Shown piece after piece: positions 40,647-49,362 of a stretch of 64,000 bases of DNA. Source of the stretch: Bacteroidales bacterium (lineage in GTDB: Bacteria; Bacteroidota; Bacteroidia; Bacteroidales; JAAUTT01). Positions within the stretch are counted from its first letter, which is position 1. Every line of letters starts with the position of its first letter. Below the pieces are notes generated by a model, which was not told the DNA's origin, ran no database searches, and was given only the letters and a program-made list of their open reading frames with translations. Position numbers and translations under genes: made by a program. The stretch lies in assembly GCA_038213375.1 (NCBI GenBank), contig JBBQTB010000015.1, positions 385 through 64,384 of the forward strand, in the 5' to 3' direction.

Positions 40647-41639
40647 GTTTGTAACCATGTGTTTCAGTTTTTCGGTGATATACGTTTTCAGTTTACCGTT
40701 GTTGTCGCTGTAAATAAAGTATCCATCAAGTCCTTTCTCTTTTAAAAGGCCAACACTCTTTTCGAGACCCAGCACCATGCAGGCGGTACCGTAAGCGTCG
40801 GCTGTTATACAATCGTCGGTAACAATCGTTGCGCTTAATAAGGTGTTTTTTGCCGGGAAGCCGGTTTTAGGGTTTAAATGATGGGCGAACTTAACTCCGT
40901 TTTCGATAATAAATTTTCTGTAATCGCCTGAAGTAGCCATCGCCTTATTGCTAATTTCAATAATGGTTTGTAATTCGGTGCCCGGGGTCATGCTGCCATC
41001 AACAGGTTTATCAATGCCGACACGCCATTTGTTTCGTTTCGGATTTTTCCCTGCTGTTTTCAGTTCTCCACCAATTTCAACACAATAGTTTTTAATATTT
41101 TGTTTCTCAAGAAATTCAGAAACAACATCTACGGAATATCCTTGAGCTAAGGCATTCACATCGAGGATAATACTATCGTTTTCCTTTTTAATTTTTCCGT
41201 TTTCGAGGTGAACTTTATCCATACCAACATATTTTAAAATTTGCAGGATACGTGCGCTATCATGTGCTGCATGAGTTTTATTATAAAATCCCCAGGCTTT
41301 TACCAATGGGCCAACGGTGATATCGAACATTCCTTCGCTGGCTTTATTTACTTCTAATGCTTTGTTAAAAACTTTGGTAACCATTTCATCTGCCATCACA
41401 TCTGAATCGTTTCGGTTAATTCGTGAAAGAACGGAATTCGGTTCCCAAGCCGAAAGGGACATATCGAACGCTTTTAAAACGCTGTCAATATCTTTAGTAT
41501 ATGATCGATGGGCCTGGTAAGTTATATGGAACGATGTGCCCTGTACACCACCTTCCATAAAAAAATACTCCTGTTTTTTGCATGATCCCACAAGCAGAAA
41601 TAAGATGATTATAGGTATTATAAGTTTTTGCATTTTCAA
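40644..41639 (-). CDS. apbE: FAD:protein FMN transferase (ApbE family lipoprotein)
   Basis: 331 aa with lipoprotein signal (LLVGSCKK) and ApbE motifs (GTSFHITY, ALAQGYSVD, ATSGDYRKF, HHLNPKTG). Confidence 0.9.
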   Translation of the reverse strand: MKMQKLIIPIIILFLLVGSCKKQEYFFMEGGVQGTSFHITYQAHRSYTKDIDSVLKAFDMSLSAWEPNSVLSRINRNDSDVMADEMVTKVFNKALEVNKASEGMFDITVGPLVKAWGFYNKTHAAHDSARILQILKYVGMDKVHLENGKIKKENDSIILDVNALAQGYSVDVVSEFLEKQNIKNYCVEIGGELKTAGKNPKRNKWRVGIDKPVDGSMTPGTELQTIIEISNKAMATSGDYRKFIIENGVKFAHHLNPKTGFPAKNTLLSATIVTDDCITADAYGTACMVLGLEKSVGLLKEKGLDGYFIYSDNNGKLKTYITEKLKHMVTN

Positions 41640-41798
41640 TCCTTTATTTTATGTCGAATCTAAATCAAATCTTTGAGATAATGAAAATAAGCTGAAAAAA
41701 TATTCGTTAAATGCGATTATCATCTTTCTCTTTTCAGACTATAATAATTTCCTTACTTTTAGGTTTTAGCTATAAGATTATTTAACTCAAAAAAAATT

Positions 41799-43091
41799 AT
41801 GTACAGGGTAAGTATTAAGTTGATTTTACTTTGGCTTCTGGCTTCTTTTATAATACCGGAAGCTTGCATAGCTTTACCTCAAGGCCCTTTACCTGATGCC
41901 GTTTTTAACAGAAACATAAAGACTGTAGTGTTTTATAAACAAGGCTGGGAGTTTTCGTATCCTATATTGCAATTGAATGACGCTAACCCACTTTTTTTAA
42001 GTTTTGATGAATTAAATGCTTCATCGAAAAATTACAACTACTCTGTTGTATTGTGCGACGCCAATTGGATGCCTTCCCGATTGTCCTTTTCGGAATATCT
42101 CGATGGATTCTTTCAAAATCCGTTAGTTACTTATGAATCATCTTTTAGTACACATATTCCTTATACTCATTATTCTCTGCAAATTCCTAACGAAAACGTC
42201 AAGTTGAAATTGTCAGGAAATTATGCATTGTTAATCTATGAAAATGGTAATGAAGATGAGCCTGTTCTTATTAAGCGGTTTATGATTGTGGATGATAAAA
42301 TTACTATAACTTGTGATATGAAAAGGCCTATTTTGCCAGTTTATCAGGATGAGTATCAACAACTAAATTTTTCTGTACAACATCCTGATTATATCATTGA
42401 AAATCCATATCAGACCGTTATGGTGAATATTCTTAAAAATGGTGTTTGGAAATTTTCAAATACTGATATTAAACCACTATATATCAGAGATAAGGAGATA
42501 CTTTATGATTCTCCTGATAAAAATTTGTTTTTGGGCGGTAATGAATATCGAAGTTTCGATTTAAAAAGTCTAAAATATCAATCCTCTAACATCGAATCAA
42601 TTGAATTTGTTAATGACGCCTATCAAATGGTGCTAAAACCTGAAAGTGCTCGTAACAGAGCCGGGTATTTTTTTAATGAGGATCTAAATGGCAAATACCT
42701 TATCCAGAATCAACAAGGTAGAACTCCTGAGACGGACGCTGAATATGTGCATGTTTTGTTTTCTTTTAAAAGGGACGTTGTTTTGGATAGTGGTGATATT
42801 TATGTGTTTGGAGCTTTTTCGGATTTTAATTGCTATGACGATAATAAGATGAAATATAATCCAGAAAAGAACCGTTACGAACTTGATATGCTTGTAAAAC
42901 AAGGATATTATAATTATCAATATGTCTTTGTTCCAAAAGATTCGGGCGATGTAGATGAGAAGTATTTCGAAGGCAGTTATTATGAAACCGAAAATGATTA
43001 CCTTATTTTAGTTTATCATCGACCTTATGGAAGCCGCTATGATCGCCTTATTGGTATGAAAGTTGTAAATAGTTTGAAAAGGGGACAATGA
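41799..43091 (+). CDS. DUF5103-family protein (family annotated as T9SS plug protein in some genomes)
   Basis: 430 aa. Signal peptide and the Bacteroidota-specific pattern IKTVVFYKQGWEFSYPILQLND...LSFDEL. The family call is from memory of the domain and is moderately certain. Confidence 0.7.
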   Translation: MYRVSIKLILLWLLASFIIPEACIALPQGPLPDAVFNRNIKTVVFYKQGWEFSYPILQLNDANPLFLSFDELNASSKNYNYSVVLCDANWMPSRLSFSEYLDGFFQNPLVTYESSFSTHIPYTHYSLQIPNENVKLKLSGNYALLIYENGNEDEPVLIKRFMIVDDKITITCDMKRPILPVYQDEYQQLNFSVQHPDYIIENPYQTVMVNILKNGVWKFSNTDIKPLYIRDKEILYDSPDKNLFLGGNEYRSFDLKSLKYQSSNIESIEFVNDAYQMVLKPESARNRAGYFFNEDLNGKYLIQNQQGRTPETDAEYVHVLFSFKRDVVLDSGDIYVFGAFSDFNCYDDNKMKYNPEKNRYELDMLVKQGYYNYQYVFVPKDSGDVDEKYFEGSYYETENDYLILVYHRPYGSRYDRLIGMKVVNSLKRGQ

Positions 43092-43190
43092 GGAGTAAAA
43101 AATCGTGATAAAAATCATTTTTATCCTTGGTCGTTTAAAAATCTTTTTCTAATTTTGCAACAGTAATAATATGAATATTCAAACAACAGG

Positions 43191-43295
43191 ATGATGATTT
43201 CTTGTTTACATATTTCCGATTTCAAAGCCTATGCTGGAAACTTTTTTGGTTTTTGGTTTTATTTTTTTTATACCTCGGCAAGTTTTCGGGATTAA
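43191..43295 (+). CDS. Leader peptide rich in Phe/Trp/Tyr (attenuator of the aromatic amino acid operon)
   Basis: Own translation: MMISCLHISDFKAYAGNFFGFWFYFFYTSASFRD. Nine of ten consecutive codons (18-27) are F/W/Y. Followed by alternative antiterminator/terminator pairings. Confidence 0.6.
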   Translation: MMISCLHISDFKAYAGNFFGFWFYFFYTSASFRD

Positions 43296-43327
43296 TAGCG
43301 GTATGTAAATACTAAAATATTAAAGTG

Positions 43328-43359
43328 AGTCCCGAAAGTAGTTTCGGGACTTTTTTTTT
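43328..43359 (+). terminator. Attenuator terminator upstream of pheA
   Basis: AGTCCCGAAA-GTAG-TTTCGGGACT followed by T9, 13 nt before the pheA ORF. Confidence 0.8.
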
Positions 43360-43371
43360 ATACGTAGATTT

Positions 43372-44238
43372 ATGGAAAATTCAATTGGTTCGCAAACAAA
43401 AATGAAGAGAGTTGCAATACAAGGGGGGGCAGGTGCATTTCATGAAATAGCAGCACTGCATTATTTTGGAACCGAAAACGTTGAAATTGTTCCTACACTC
43501 ACATTTAAGGATTTATTTCAATCACTGAAACACCAACATGCCGACTATGGAATAATGGCCATCGAAAACATGGTGGCCGGAAGTATTCTTCCAAATTACA
43601 ATTTGTTACGTACATCGAATATGAAGATCATAGGCGAAATTTATCTCAGGATAATCCAGAATCTGGTTGCTTTACCGGGACAATCCATCGATCAGATTAC
43701 TGAAGTCTATTCGCATCCAATGGCGATTTTACAGTGCCAGAATTTTTTCGAAGAATATCCTCATATCCGGTTGATTGATAGTGTTGACACTGCATTAAGT
43801 GCAAAGGAGATTTCGGATAAAAAACTAAAAGGAATAGGTGCTATATCCAGTTCTCAGGCAGCTGAGAAATATGGTTTGGAAATTATGTACTCCAGCATCG
43901 AATCCAATAAAATGAATTACACCCGTTTCCTTATCCTTACTGATAAAGATGAACAGATAGAGTTTGCTGAACAGGTAAACAAATCGTCACTTCAATTTGC
44001 ACTGGCTCACGAAATTGGTAGCCTTGCAAAAATTCTATCCATCTTTTCCTATTTCAATATCAACCTTACAAAAATTCAATCATTACCCATTGTTGGTCAG
44101 GAGTGGGAATACTTCTTTTATGTAGATGTTGAATTTTCCGATTACAAAATTTATCAACACGCCCTCGATTCGGTAAAGCCATTCACCAGTGAGCTGGAAA
44201 TTTTGGGTGAATATCATAAGGGGAAATCAATAGTTTAA
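43372..44238 (+). CDS. pheA: Prephenate dehydratase
   Basis: 288 aa. PDT domain (VAIQGGAGAFHEIAA..., TRFLIL) plus C-terminal ACT domain. Confidence 0.9.
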   Translation: MENSIGSQTKMKRVAIQGGAGAFHEIAALHYFGTENVEIVPTLTFKDLFQSLKHQHADYGIMAIENMVAGSILPNYNLLRTSNMKIIGEIYLRIIQNLVALPGQSIDQITEVYSHPMAILQCQNFFEEYPHIRLIDSVDTALSAKEISDKKLKGIGAISSSQAAEKYGLEIMYSSIESNKMNYTRFLILTDKDEQIEFAEQVNKSSLQFALAHEIGSLAKILSIFSYFNINLTKIQSLPIVGQEWEYFFYVDVEFSDYKIYQHALDSVKPFTSELEILGEYHKGKSIV

Positions 44239-44305
44239 ATATGAATAAAGTACAAGGAATGAAGTAGGAAGATAAAATAAACACGTAACCAGTAAAACGA
44301 AATAT

Positions 44306-45412
44306 ATGAGTGTGAAATTAAATATTGAGCCAATTGTATTACCGGGAGTCAGTTCTGAGCGTCCAATGATTATGGCGGGACCTTGCAGCGCAGAATCTGA
44401 AGAACAGGTTTTAACAACAGCAAGACAACTTAGTCAGCAGGGAATAAAAATATACAGGGCGGGAATATGGAAACCACGAACACGACCAAATGCTTTCGAA
44501 GGTGTTGGTTCAGTTGGTTTGCCATGGTTGAAAAAAGTGAAAGATCAACTTGGAATGTATACTGCTACTGAAGTGGCCAACGTAAAACATGTTTATGAAG
44601 CGCTGAAATTCGGCGTGGATATTCTATGGATTGGTGCACGAACAACAGCCAACCCATTCGCAGTGCAGGAAATTGCCGATACACTTAAGGGGATGGATAT
44701 TACAGTGTTGGTAAAAAATCCTGTAAACCCCGATATTGAACTTTGGATAGGTGCACTTGAGCGTTTAAACGATGCCGGAATTAGGAAACTGGCAGCTATT
44801 CATCGTGGTTTTTCAACATACGATAAAAGCCTTTACAGGAACGATCCGCACTGGCAAATCCCTATTGAATTACGTCGTCGTATTCCTAATTTGCCAATCA
44901 TTGTCGACCCTAGTCATATAGGCGGAAAACGCGAACTGATTTTTGATATTTCCCAAAGAGCTATGGACTTAAATTTCGATGGGTTAATTATTGAATCTCA
45001 TTGCAATCCTGATGCCGCCTGGAGTGACGCAAAGCAACAAGTAACTCCCGATGCATTGAAATGCATTCTGGATAAGTTGATTCTTCGCCATTCGGATGTT
45101 GATAAACAACAGTCATCAACCTTGGAAGAACTTCGTGCAAAAATAGATAAGTATGACGATGAAATTTTGAATATTTTCGAAGAACGCATGAAAATAGCCG
45201 ATCAAATAGGGCGATTCAAAAAAGAAAACAATATTACCATTCTTCAAACAAACCGGTGGGATGCTATTCTGACAAAAAGGACTACGATGGGGTTGTTTAA
45301 AGGACTGAGTGAAGAATTTGTCATGACAATTTTTAGCGCTATTCATCAGGAATCTATTAATCACCAAACCAAAGTAATGAATCAGGAAACTGAAGAGCAA
45401 AAAACTTCATAA
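44306..45412 (+). CDS. Bifunctional 3-deoxy-7-phosphoheptulonate (DAHP) synthase / chorismate mutase
   Basis: 368 aa. Class I-beta DAHPS core (AGPCSAESEEQ, KPRT, DPSH) with a C-terminal CM type II domain (LEELRAKIDKYDDEILNIFEERMKIADQIGRFK). Confidence 0.9.
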   Translation: MSVKLNIEPIVLPGVSSERPMIMAGPCSAESEEQVLTTARQLSQQGIKIYRAGIWKPRTRPNAFEGVGSVGLPWLKKVKDQLGMYTATEVANVKHVYEALKFGVDILWIGARTTANPFAVQEIADTLKGMDITVLVKNPVNPDIELWIGALERLNDAGIRKLAAIHRGFSTYDKSLYRNDPHWQIPIELRRRIPNLPIIVDPSHIGGKRELIFDISQRAMDLNFDGLIIESHCNPDAAWSDAKQQVTPDALKCILDKLILRHSDVDKQQSSTLEELRAKIDKYDDEILNIFEERMKIADQIGRFKKENNITILQTNRWDAILTKRTTMGLFKGLSEEFVMTIFSAIHQESINHQTKVMNQETEEQKTS

Positions 45413-45433
45413 ATGAGCCAACGATAGAAATTT

Positions 45434-46465
45434 ATGCAAACAATAGGCATTAAAACCGAAACCGGTGAGTCCAATATTTACCTTGGTGAGAAGATTGAAA
45501 ACCTCCGGGCGTATCTCCCTCTCGATAGAAAGGTGGTGATTGTTACGGATGAGCATATCCTTCAACATTACTCACAATACTTGCAAGATTATCCGATTGT
45601 TACGATTGGGTTGGGTGAAAAAAACAAAAACCTTCAAACGATTGAACACATTTTTGCCGAATTTATCCGTCTTGAAGTGGACAGGTCAAGTTTTATTGTG
45701 GCAGTTGGCGGTGGCATAGTGTGCGATGTTTTAGGTTTTGCAGCCTCAACATTTATGAGAGGTATACCCTTCGGTTTTGTTTCTACTACCTTGCTTTCGC
45801 AGGTTGACGCTAGTGTTGGTGGAAAAAATGGGGTTAACTTTCAGGGATATAAAAATATGGTTGGTGTATTTATGCAGCCGCAGTTTGTTATTTGCGATGT
45901 TACCATGTTTAAAACCCTTGATAATAAACAATTTATTTCGGGTTTTGGTGAAATTATTAAAGCCGGAGCTATTCGCGACATCAAATTGTTTGAATATCTG
46001 GAAACCAATTACAAACGTGCCCTAAATTACGATACAGAAGTTCTTGAAAAAGTGATTTATGAATCGGTTCGAATTAAAGCCCAGGTGGTTCAAAATGACG
46101 AGAAAGAAAAGGGAGAGCGTCGAATATTAAATTTTGGTCATACCTTTGCCCATTCCATTGAAAAAAATACCGGGATGTTACATGGCGAGGCCGTTAGTAT
46201 CGGCATGGTTCTGGCTGCCAGAGCATCGGTAAAACTGGGACTTCTTACCATCGGTGAAGCAGAAAGAATTGAAATGGTTTTGGTGAATTATAATTTACCT
46301 GTTAAATTAACTCTCGAAAAAAATAAGGTGTTCGATGCATTGTTGAAAGACAAAAAGAGAGAAGGTAACTATATCAATCTGGTTCTTTTAAGTGGCCTTG
46401 GCAATGCCGTGGTTCAAAAAGTGGCAATTACACAAATGGAGGAAATTATCAATGATTTGTATTAG
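45434..46465 (+). CDS. aroB: 3-dehydroquinate synthase
   Basis: 343 aa with GGGIVCDVLGFAASTFMRGIPF, VGGKNGVN and the GHTFAH metal site. Confidence 0.95.
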   Translation: MQTIGIKTETGESNIYLGEKIENLRAYLPLDRKVVIVTDEHILQHYSQYLQDYPIVTIGLGEKNKNLQTIEHIFAEFIRLEVDRSSFIVAVGGGIVCDVLGFAASTFMRGIPFGFVSTTLLSQVDASVGGKNGVNFQGYKNMVGVFMQPQFVICDVTMFKTLDNKQFISGFGEIIKAGAIRDIKLFEYLETNYKRALNYDTEVLEKVIYESVRIKAQVVQNDEKEKGERRILNFGHTFAHSIEKNTGMLHGEAVSIGMVLAARASVKLGLLTIGEAERIEMVLVNYNLPVKLTLEKNKVFDALLKDKKREGNYINLVLLSGLGNAVVQKVAITQMEEIINDLY

Positions 46466-47087
46466 TTTGGCAGGTATTACTTTTCAGGAATGCATTAAAG
46501 CAATAAGCAAATCTGACTTTGTGGAGATTCGGATCGACCAGCTGGATTTATCTGAAAGTCAGTTGGAAGCATTATATGTGATTAAGAAGAATACCATTGC
46601 CACATGTCGCCCAGGACAATACCCCAATGAGAAACGCTTGTCATTATTAATACATGCGATCAATTCGGGAGTTGGTTACATAGATATTGAATATGAGGCG
46701 CCGGAACAGTACCGGAAGAAGCTGATTGAGTGTGCTCATGATAAAAATACATTAATCATTATTTCTTATCATAATTATGAAAAAACACCAAATATAATTG
46801 ATCTTGAGCATATTATTGAACAATCAAAACATATGGGTGCAGATAGGATAAAACTTGCTACTATGGCAAACTCTAAAGCCGATAATGCACGCATTCTTTC
46901 CCTGTATGAAAACCATACTAAACTGATTGCCTTTTGCATGGGTGAAATAGGGATGATTACCCGAGTAGCTGCTCCTATGCTTGGCTCGGAATTTACTTAT
47001 GCATCACTGAACAAAAAACTTGCAACAGCGCCCGGACAACTTACTTACGATGAGTTTTTAGATATATATGATATAATAAAGTGGTGA
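46452..47087 (+). CDS. aroD: Type I 3-dehydroquinate dehydratase
   Basis: Start moved to the internal ATG 46452 (MICISLAGITFQEC...), which overlaps the aroB end by 14 nt. The track start 46392 lies inside aroB. The EIRIDQL and IISYHNYEKTP pattern supports the call. Confidence 0.85.
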   Translation: MICISLAGITFQECIKAISKSDFVEIRIDQLDLSESQLEALYVIKKNTIATCRPGQYPNEKRLSLLIHAINSGVGYIDIEYEAPEQYRKKLIECAHDKNTLIIISYHNYEKTPNIIDLEHIIEQSKHMGADRIKLATMANSKADNARILSLYENHTKLIAFCMGEIGMITRVAAPMLGSEFTYASLNKKLATAPGQLTYDEFLDIYDIIKW

Positions 47088-47141
47088 TAAGTAATAGGTA
47101 AACTCTTAACTCCTAAATTTTAACTTCAAACTCCTAAAAAA

Positions 47142-48119
47142 ATGAATGCTTTTGGAAGAATATTCAAAATCACCATATATGGAGAGTCGCATGGCGCTTC
47201 TGTGGGTATTATTATAGATGGATGCCCTCCGGGGATATTCTTAAATCGTGAGGATTTTGATGCAGACATTGCCCGACGCAAAAGTGGCGCAAAAGGAACA
47301 ACTCCGAGATTGGAGGGCGACCATCCGATGATTATCAGTGGTGTTTTTAACGATTTCACTACAGGCGCTCCCATTAACATTATGTTCGAAAATACAAACA
47401 CACGGTCAGGTGATTATTCCGAATTCAGGGAAATTCCTCGACCCGGGCATGCCGATTTTGTTGCCAATAAAAAATACAAAGGTTTTGAAGATTACCGCGG
47501 CGGAGGTCATTTTTCGGCTCGTCTCACTCTTGGGCTTGTTGCTGCCGGGGTAGTCGCAAAAAAAATAATTCAACCAATTAAAATTGAGGCCTCGTTGGTA
47601 GAAGCTGGTGGGATTTCCGATATTGAAAAGGCCATCGATCTGGCTATAGCTGATAATGATTCCATTGGAGGTGTTATCGAATGCCATGCAACTAATCTTC
47701 CTGTTGGATTGGGTGAGCCATATTTTGATTCTGCGGAAGCGTTACTCAGTCACATTATCTTCTCCATACCTGCTACCCGGGGTATAGAATTTGGAACCGG
47801 ATTTGCTGCTGCACGGATGCGAGGTAGTGAGCATAACGACTGGTTTGTGGATACATCTGGTAAAACCAGAACGAACCATGCCGGTGGTATAAACGGCGGA
47901 ATTACCAATGGAAACGATATTGTTTTCCGGGTGGCTATCAAACCAACCTCTTCTACATCCAAAAATCAGCAGACAATGAACTTTAAAACAGGTGAAATGG
48001 CCGATTTTGTGGTGAAAGGCCGTCACGATGTTTGTGTGGCGCTGCGTGCTCCGGTTATTGTGGAAGCTGCAACGGCCATTGTGCTTGCCGATTTGCAATT
48101 AACGAATCAATGTCGTTGA
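47142..48119 (+). CDS. aroC: Chorismate synthase
   Basis: 325 aa with GESHG, RPGHADF, GGGHFSAR, NHAGGINGGITNG and KGRHDVCV. Confidence 0.95.
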   Translation: MNAFGRIFKITIYGESHGASVGIIIDGCPPGIFLNREDFDADIARRKSGAKGTTPRLEGDHPMIISGVFNDFTTGAPINIMFENTNTRSGDYSEFREIPRPGHADFVANKKYKGFEDYRGGGHFSARLTLGLVAAGVVAKKIIQPIKIEASLVEAGGISDIEKAIDLAIADNDSIGGVIECHATNLPVGLGEPYFDSAEALLSHIIFSIPATRGIEFGTGFAAARMRGSEHNDWFVDTSGKTRTNHAGGINGGITNGNDIVFRVAIKPTSSTSKNQQTMNFKTGEMADFVVKGRHDVCVALRAPVIVEAATAIVLADLQLTNQCR

Positions 48120-48243
48120 CTTAATCAAAATTAACCCCAACCCCTTAAAAAGGGGCAATAACTTGTGACTGGCAATTTTAAAGTTAACCCTCCTTTTTAA
48201 AGAGGGTTGGGAGGTCAACAACTTTAAGTCAACGACATTGATT
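48105..48243. repeat. Nested palindromic element overlapping the aroC stop codon
   Basis: Perfect 20-bp inverted repeat AATCAATGTCGTTGACTTAA (48105-24) / TTAAGTCAACGACATTGATT (48224-43). It encloses TTAACCCCAACCCCTTAAAAAGGGGCAATAAC and GTTAACCCTCCTTTTTAAAGAGGGTTGGGAGG half-sites. Confidence 0.8.
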
Positions 48244-48289
48244 AACAAATAGATAATTGTATAAAGACAACTGAGGAAAAGTTATAATA

Positions 48290-48347
48290 TGAACACGAAA
48301 ATACGAAGGTTACAATTCTTTTTTTTCTTCTTGACTTCGTGTTTGAC
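48290..48347. repeat. REP-like hairpin repeat (TGAACACGAA family), copy 2
   Basis: TGAACACGAAAATACGAAGG...CTTGACTTCGTGTTTGACC. AACACGAA (48292-99) pairs with TTCGTGTT (48336-43). Confidence 0.4.
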
Positions 48348-48370
48348 CTTTTCTTTATAAAAAACAGTAA

Positions 48371-49144
48371 ATGAAAATTCTTGTTCTTGGCGCCGGAAAC
48401 ATGGGCGCATGGTTTGTTGAAACACTTTGTTTGGATTATGAAGTGGCCGTGTACGATACGAATCTCGAAAAGATGAAGTACTTTTTTCGTACCCGTCGTA
48501 TCGAAAACCTCGAAGAAATAAGCGATTTTGATCCTGATTTGTTGATCAATGCCGTTTCGTTACAACATACTATGGCGGTATTCGAAAGAGTGATACCATT
48601 TATTTCCGACAAATGCATTATCTCCGATATTGCTTCAGTTAAAAATGGTATTCCCATGTACTATCAATCGTTGAAACATCGTTTTGTTTCCACACATCCC
48701 ATGTTTGGGCCAACGTTTGCCAATGTGAAAGATCTTTCGGATCAAAGCGCTATTATTATCAAAGAATCTGATCCTTGGGGAAAGGCTTTTTTTCGCGATT
48801 TCTATGCTAAAATGAAATTAAATATTTACGAATATTCTTTTGAAGAGCATGACCAAACCATCGCTTATTCACTTTCCATCCCTTTTTCGTCCACCTTGGT
48901 TTTTGCTGCGTGTATGAAAAAGCTGGAGGCGCCTGGTACGACTTTTAAAAAGCACATGGCCATTGCCAAAGGGCTGATGTCAGAAAACGACTATCTGCTT
49001 TCGGAAATTTTATTTAATCCATACACATTGCCTCAGGTAGAGCAAATCCACGAGAAACTCACTTATCTTATTGAAGTAATTAAGGATCGTGATTCCGAAT
49101 CGTTACATGAGTTTTTTGCTGAGTTAAGAAAAAATATTGGGTGA
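48371..49144 (+). CDS. tyrA: Prephenate dehydrogenase
   Basis: 257 aa with the Rossmann N-terminus MKILVLGAGNMGAWF and the HPMFGP motif. Last gene of the aromatic cluster. Confidence 0.85.
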   Translation: MKILVLGAGNMGAWFVETLCLDYEVAVYDTNLEKMKYFFRTRRIENLEEISDFDPDLLINAVSLQHTMAVFERVIPFISDKCIISDIASVKNGIPMYYQSLKHRFVSTHPMFGPTFANVKDLSDQSAIIIKESDPWGKAFFRDFYAKMKLNIYEYSFEEHDQTIAYSLSIPFSSTLVFAACMKKLEAPGTTFKKHMAIAKGLMSENDYLLSEILFNPYTLPQVEQIHEKLTYLIEVIKDRDSESLHEFFAELRKNIG

Positions 49145-49231
49145 AACTGAAAAATATTAGTTTAAAGGTTGTTGAGGCAATTTCGAATAACGATCTTAAA
49201 ATGTGTATCTTTGTAAAAAGGGTATGATTAT

Positions 49232-49312
49232 GCCAAAAATCCTATGACAATGAAATATATTGATAAACAATTGTTTATGAAGTATTCAATTGAATATGGA
49301 AATATCATTTGA
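49232..49312 (+). pseudogene. Remnant of a DUF2442-family gene (C-terminal 26 codons)
   Basis: AKNPMTMKYIDKQLFMKYSIEYGNII* aligns with ARNPMTKKYLDKQLFKKYSIDYGDII of the intact gene at 18965-19207. Confidence 0.5.
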
Positions 49313-49362
49313 ATCATGGCCCTTGTATCTTTTTCCTACCTTTACCCAAAACTTCATAAATT

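Noticed and set aside
46392-46451. Upstream start for aroD given by the ORF track
   Set aside because: Those 20 codons lie wholly inside aroB in another frame and give a non-homologous N-terminus. ATG 46452 gives the expected MICISLAG.. start.
47142-48119. aroC (325 aa) being a truncated pseudogene because of the repeat at its 3' end
   Set aside because: All core chorismate synthase motifs up to KGRHDVCV...AIVLADL are present. Only the last few residues are affected, so the gene is most likely functional.
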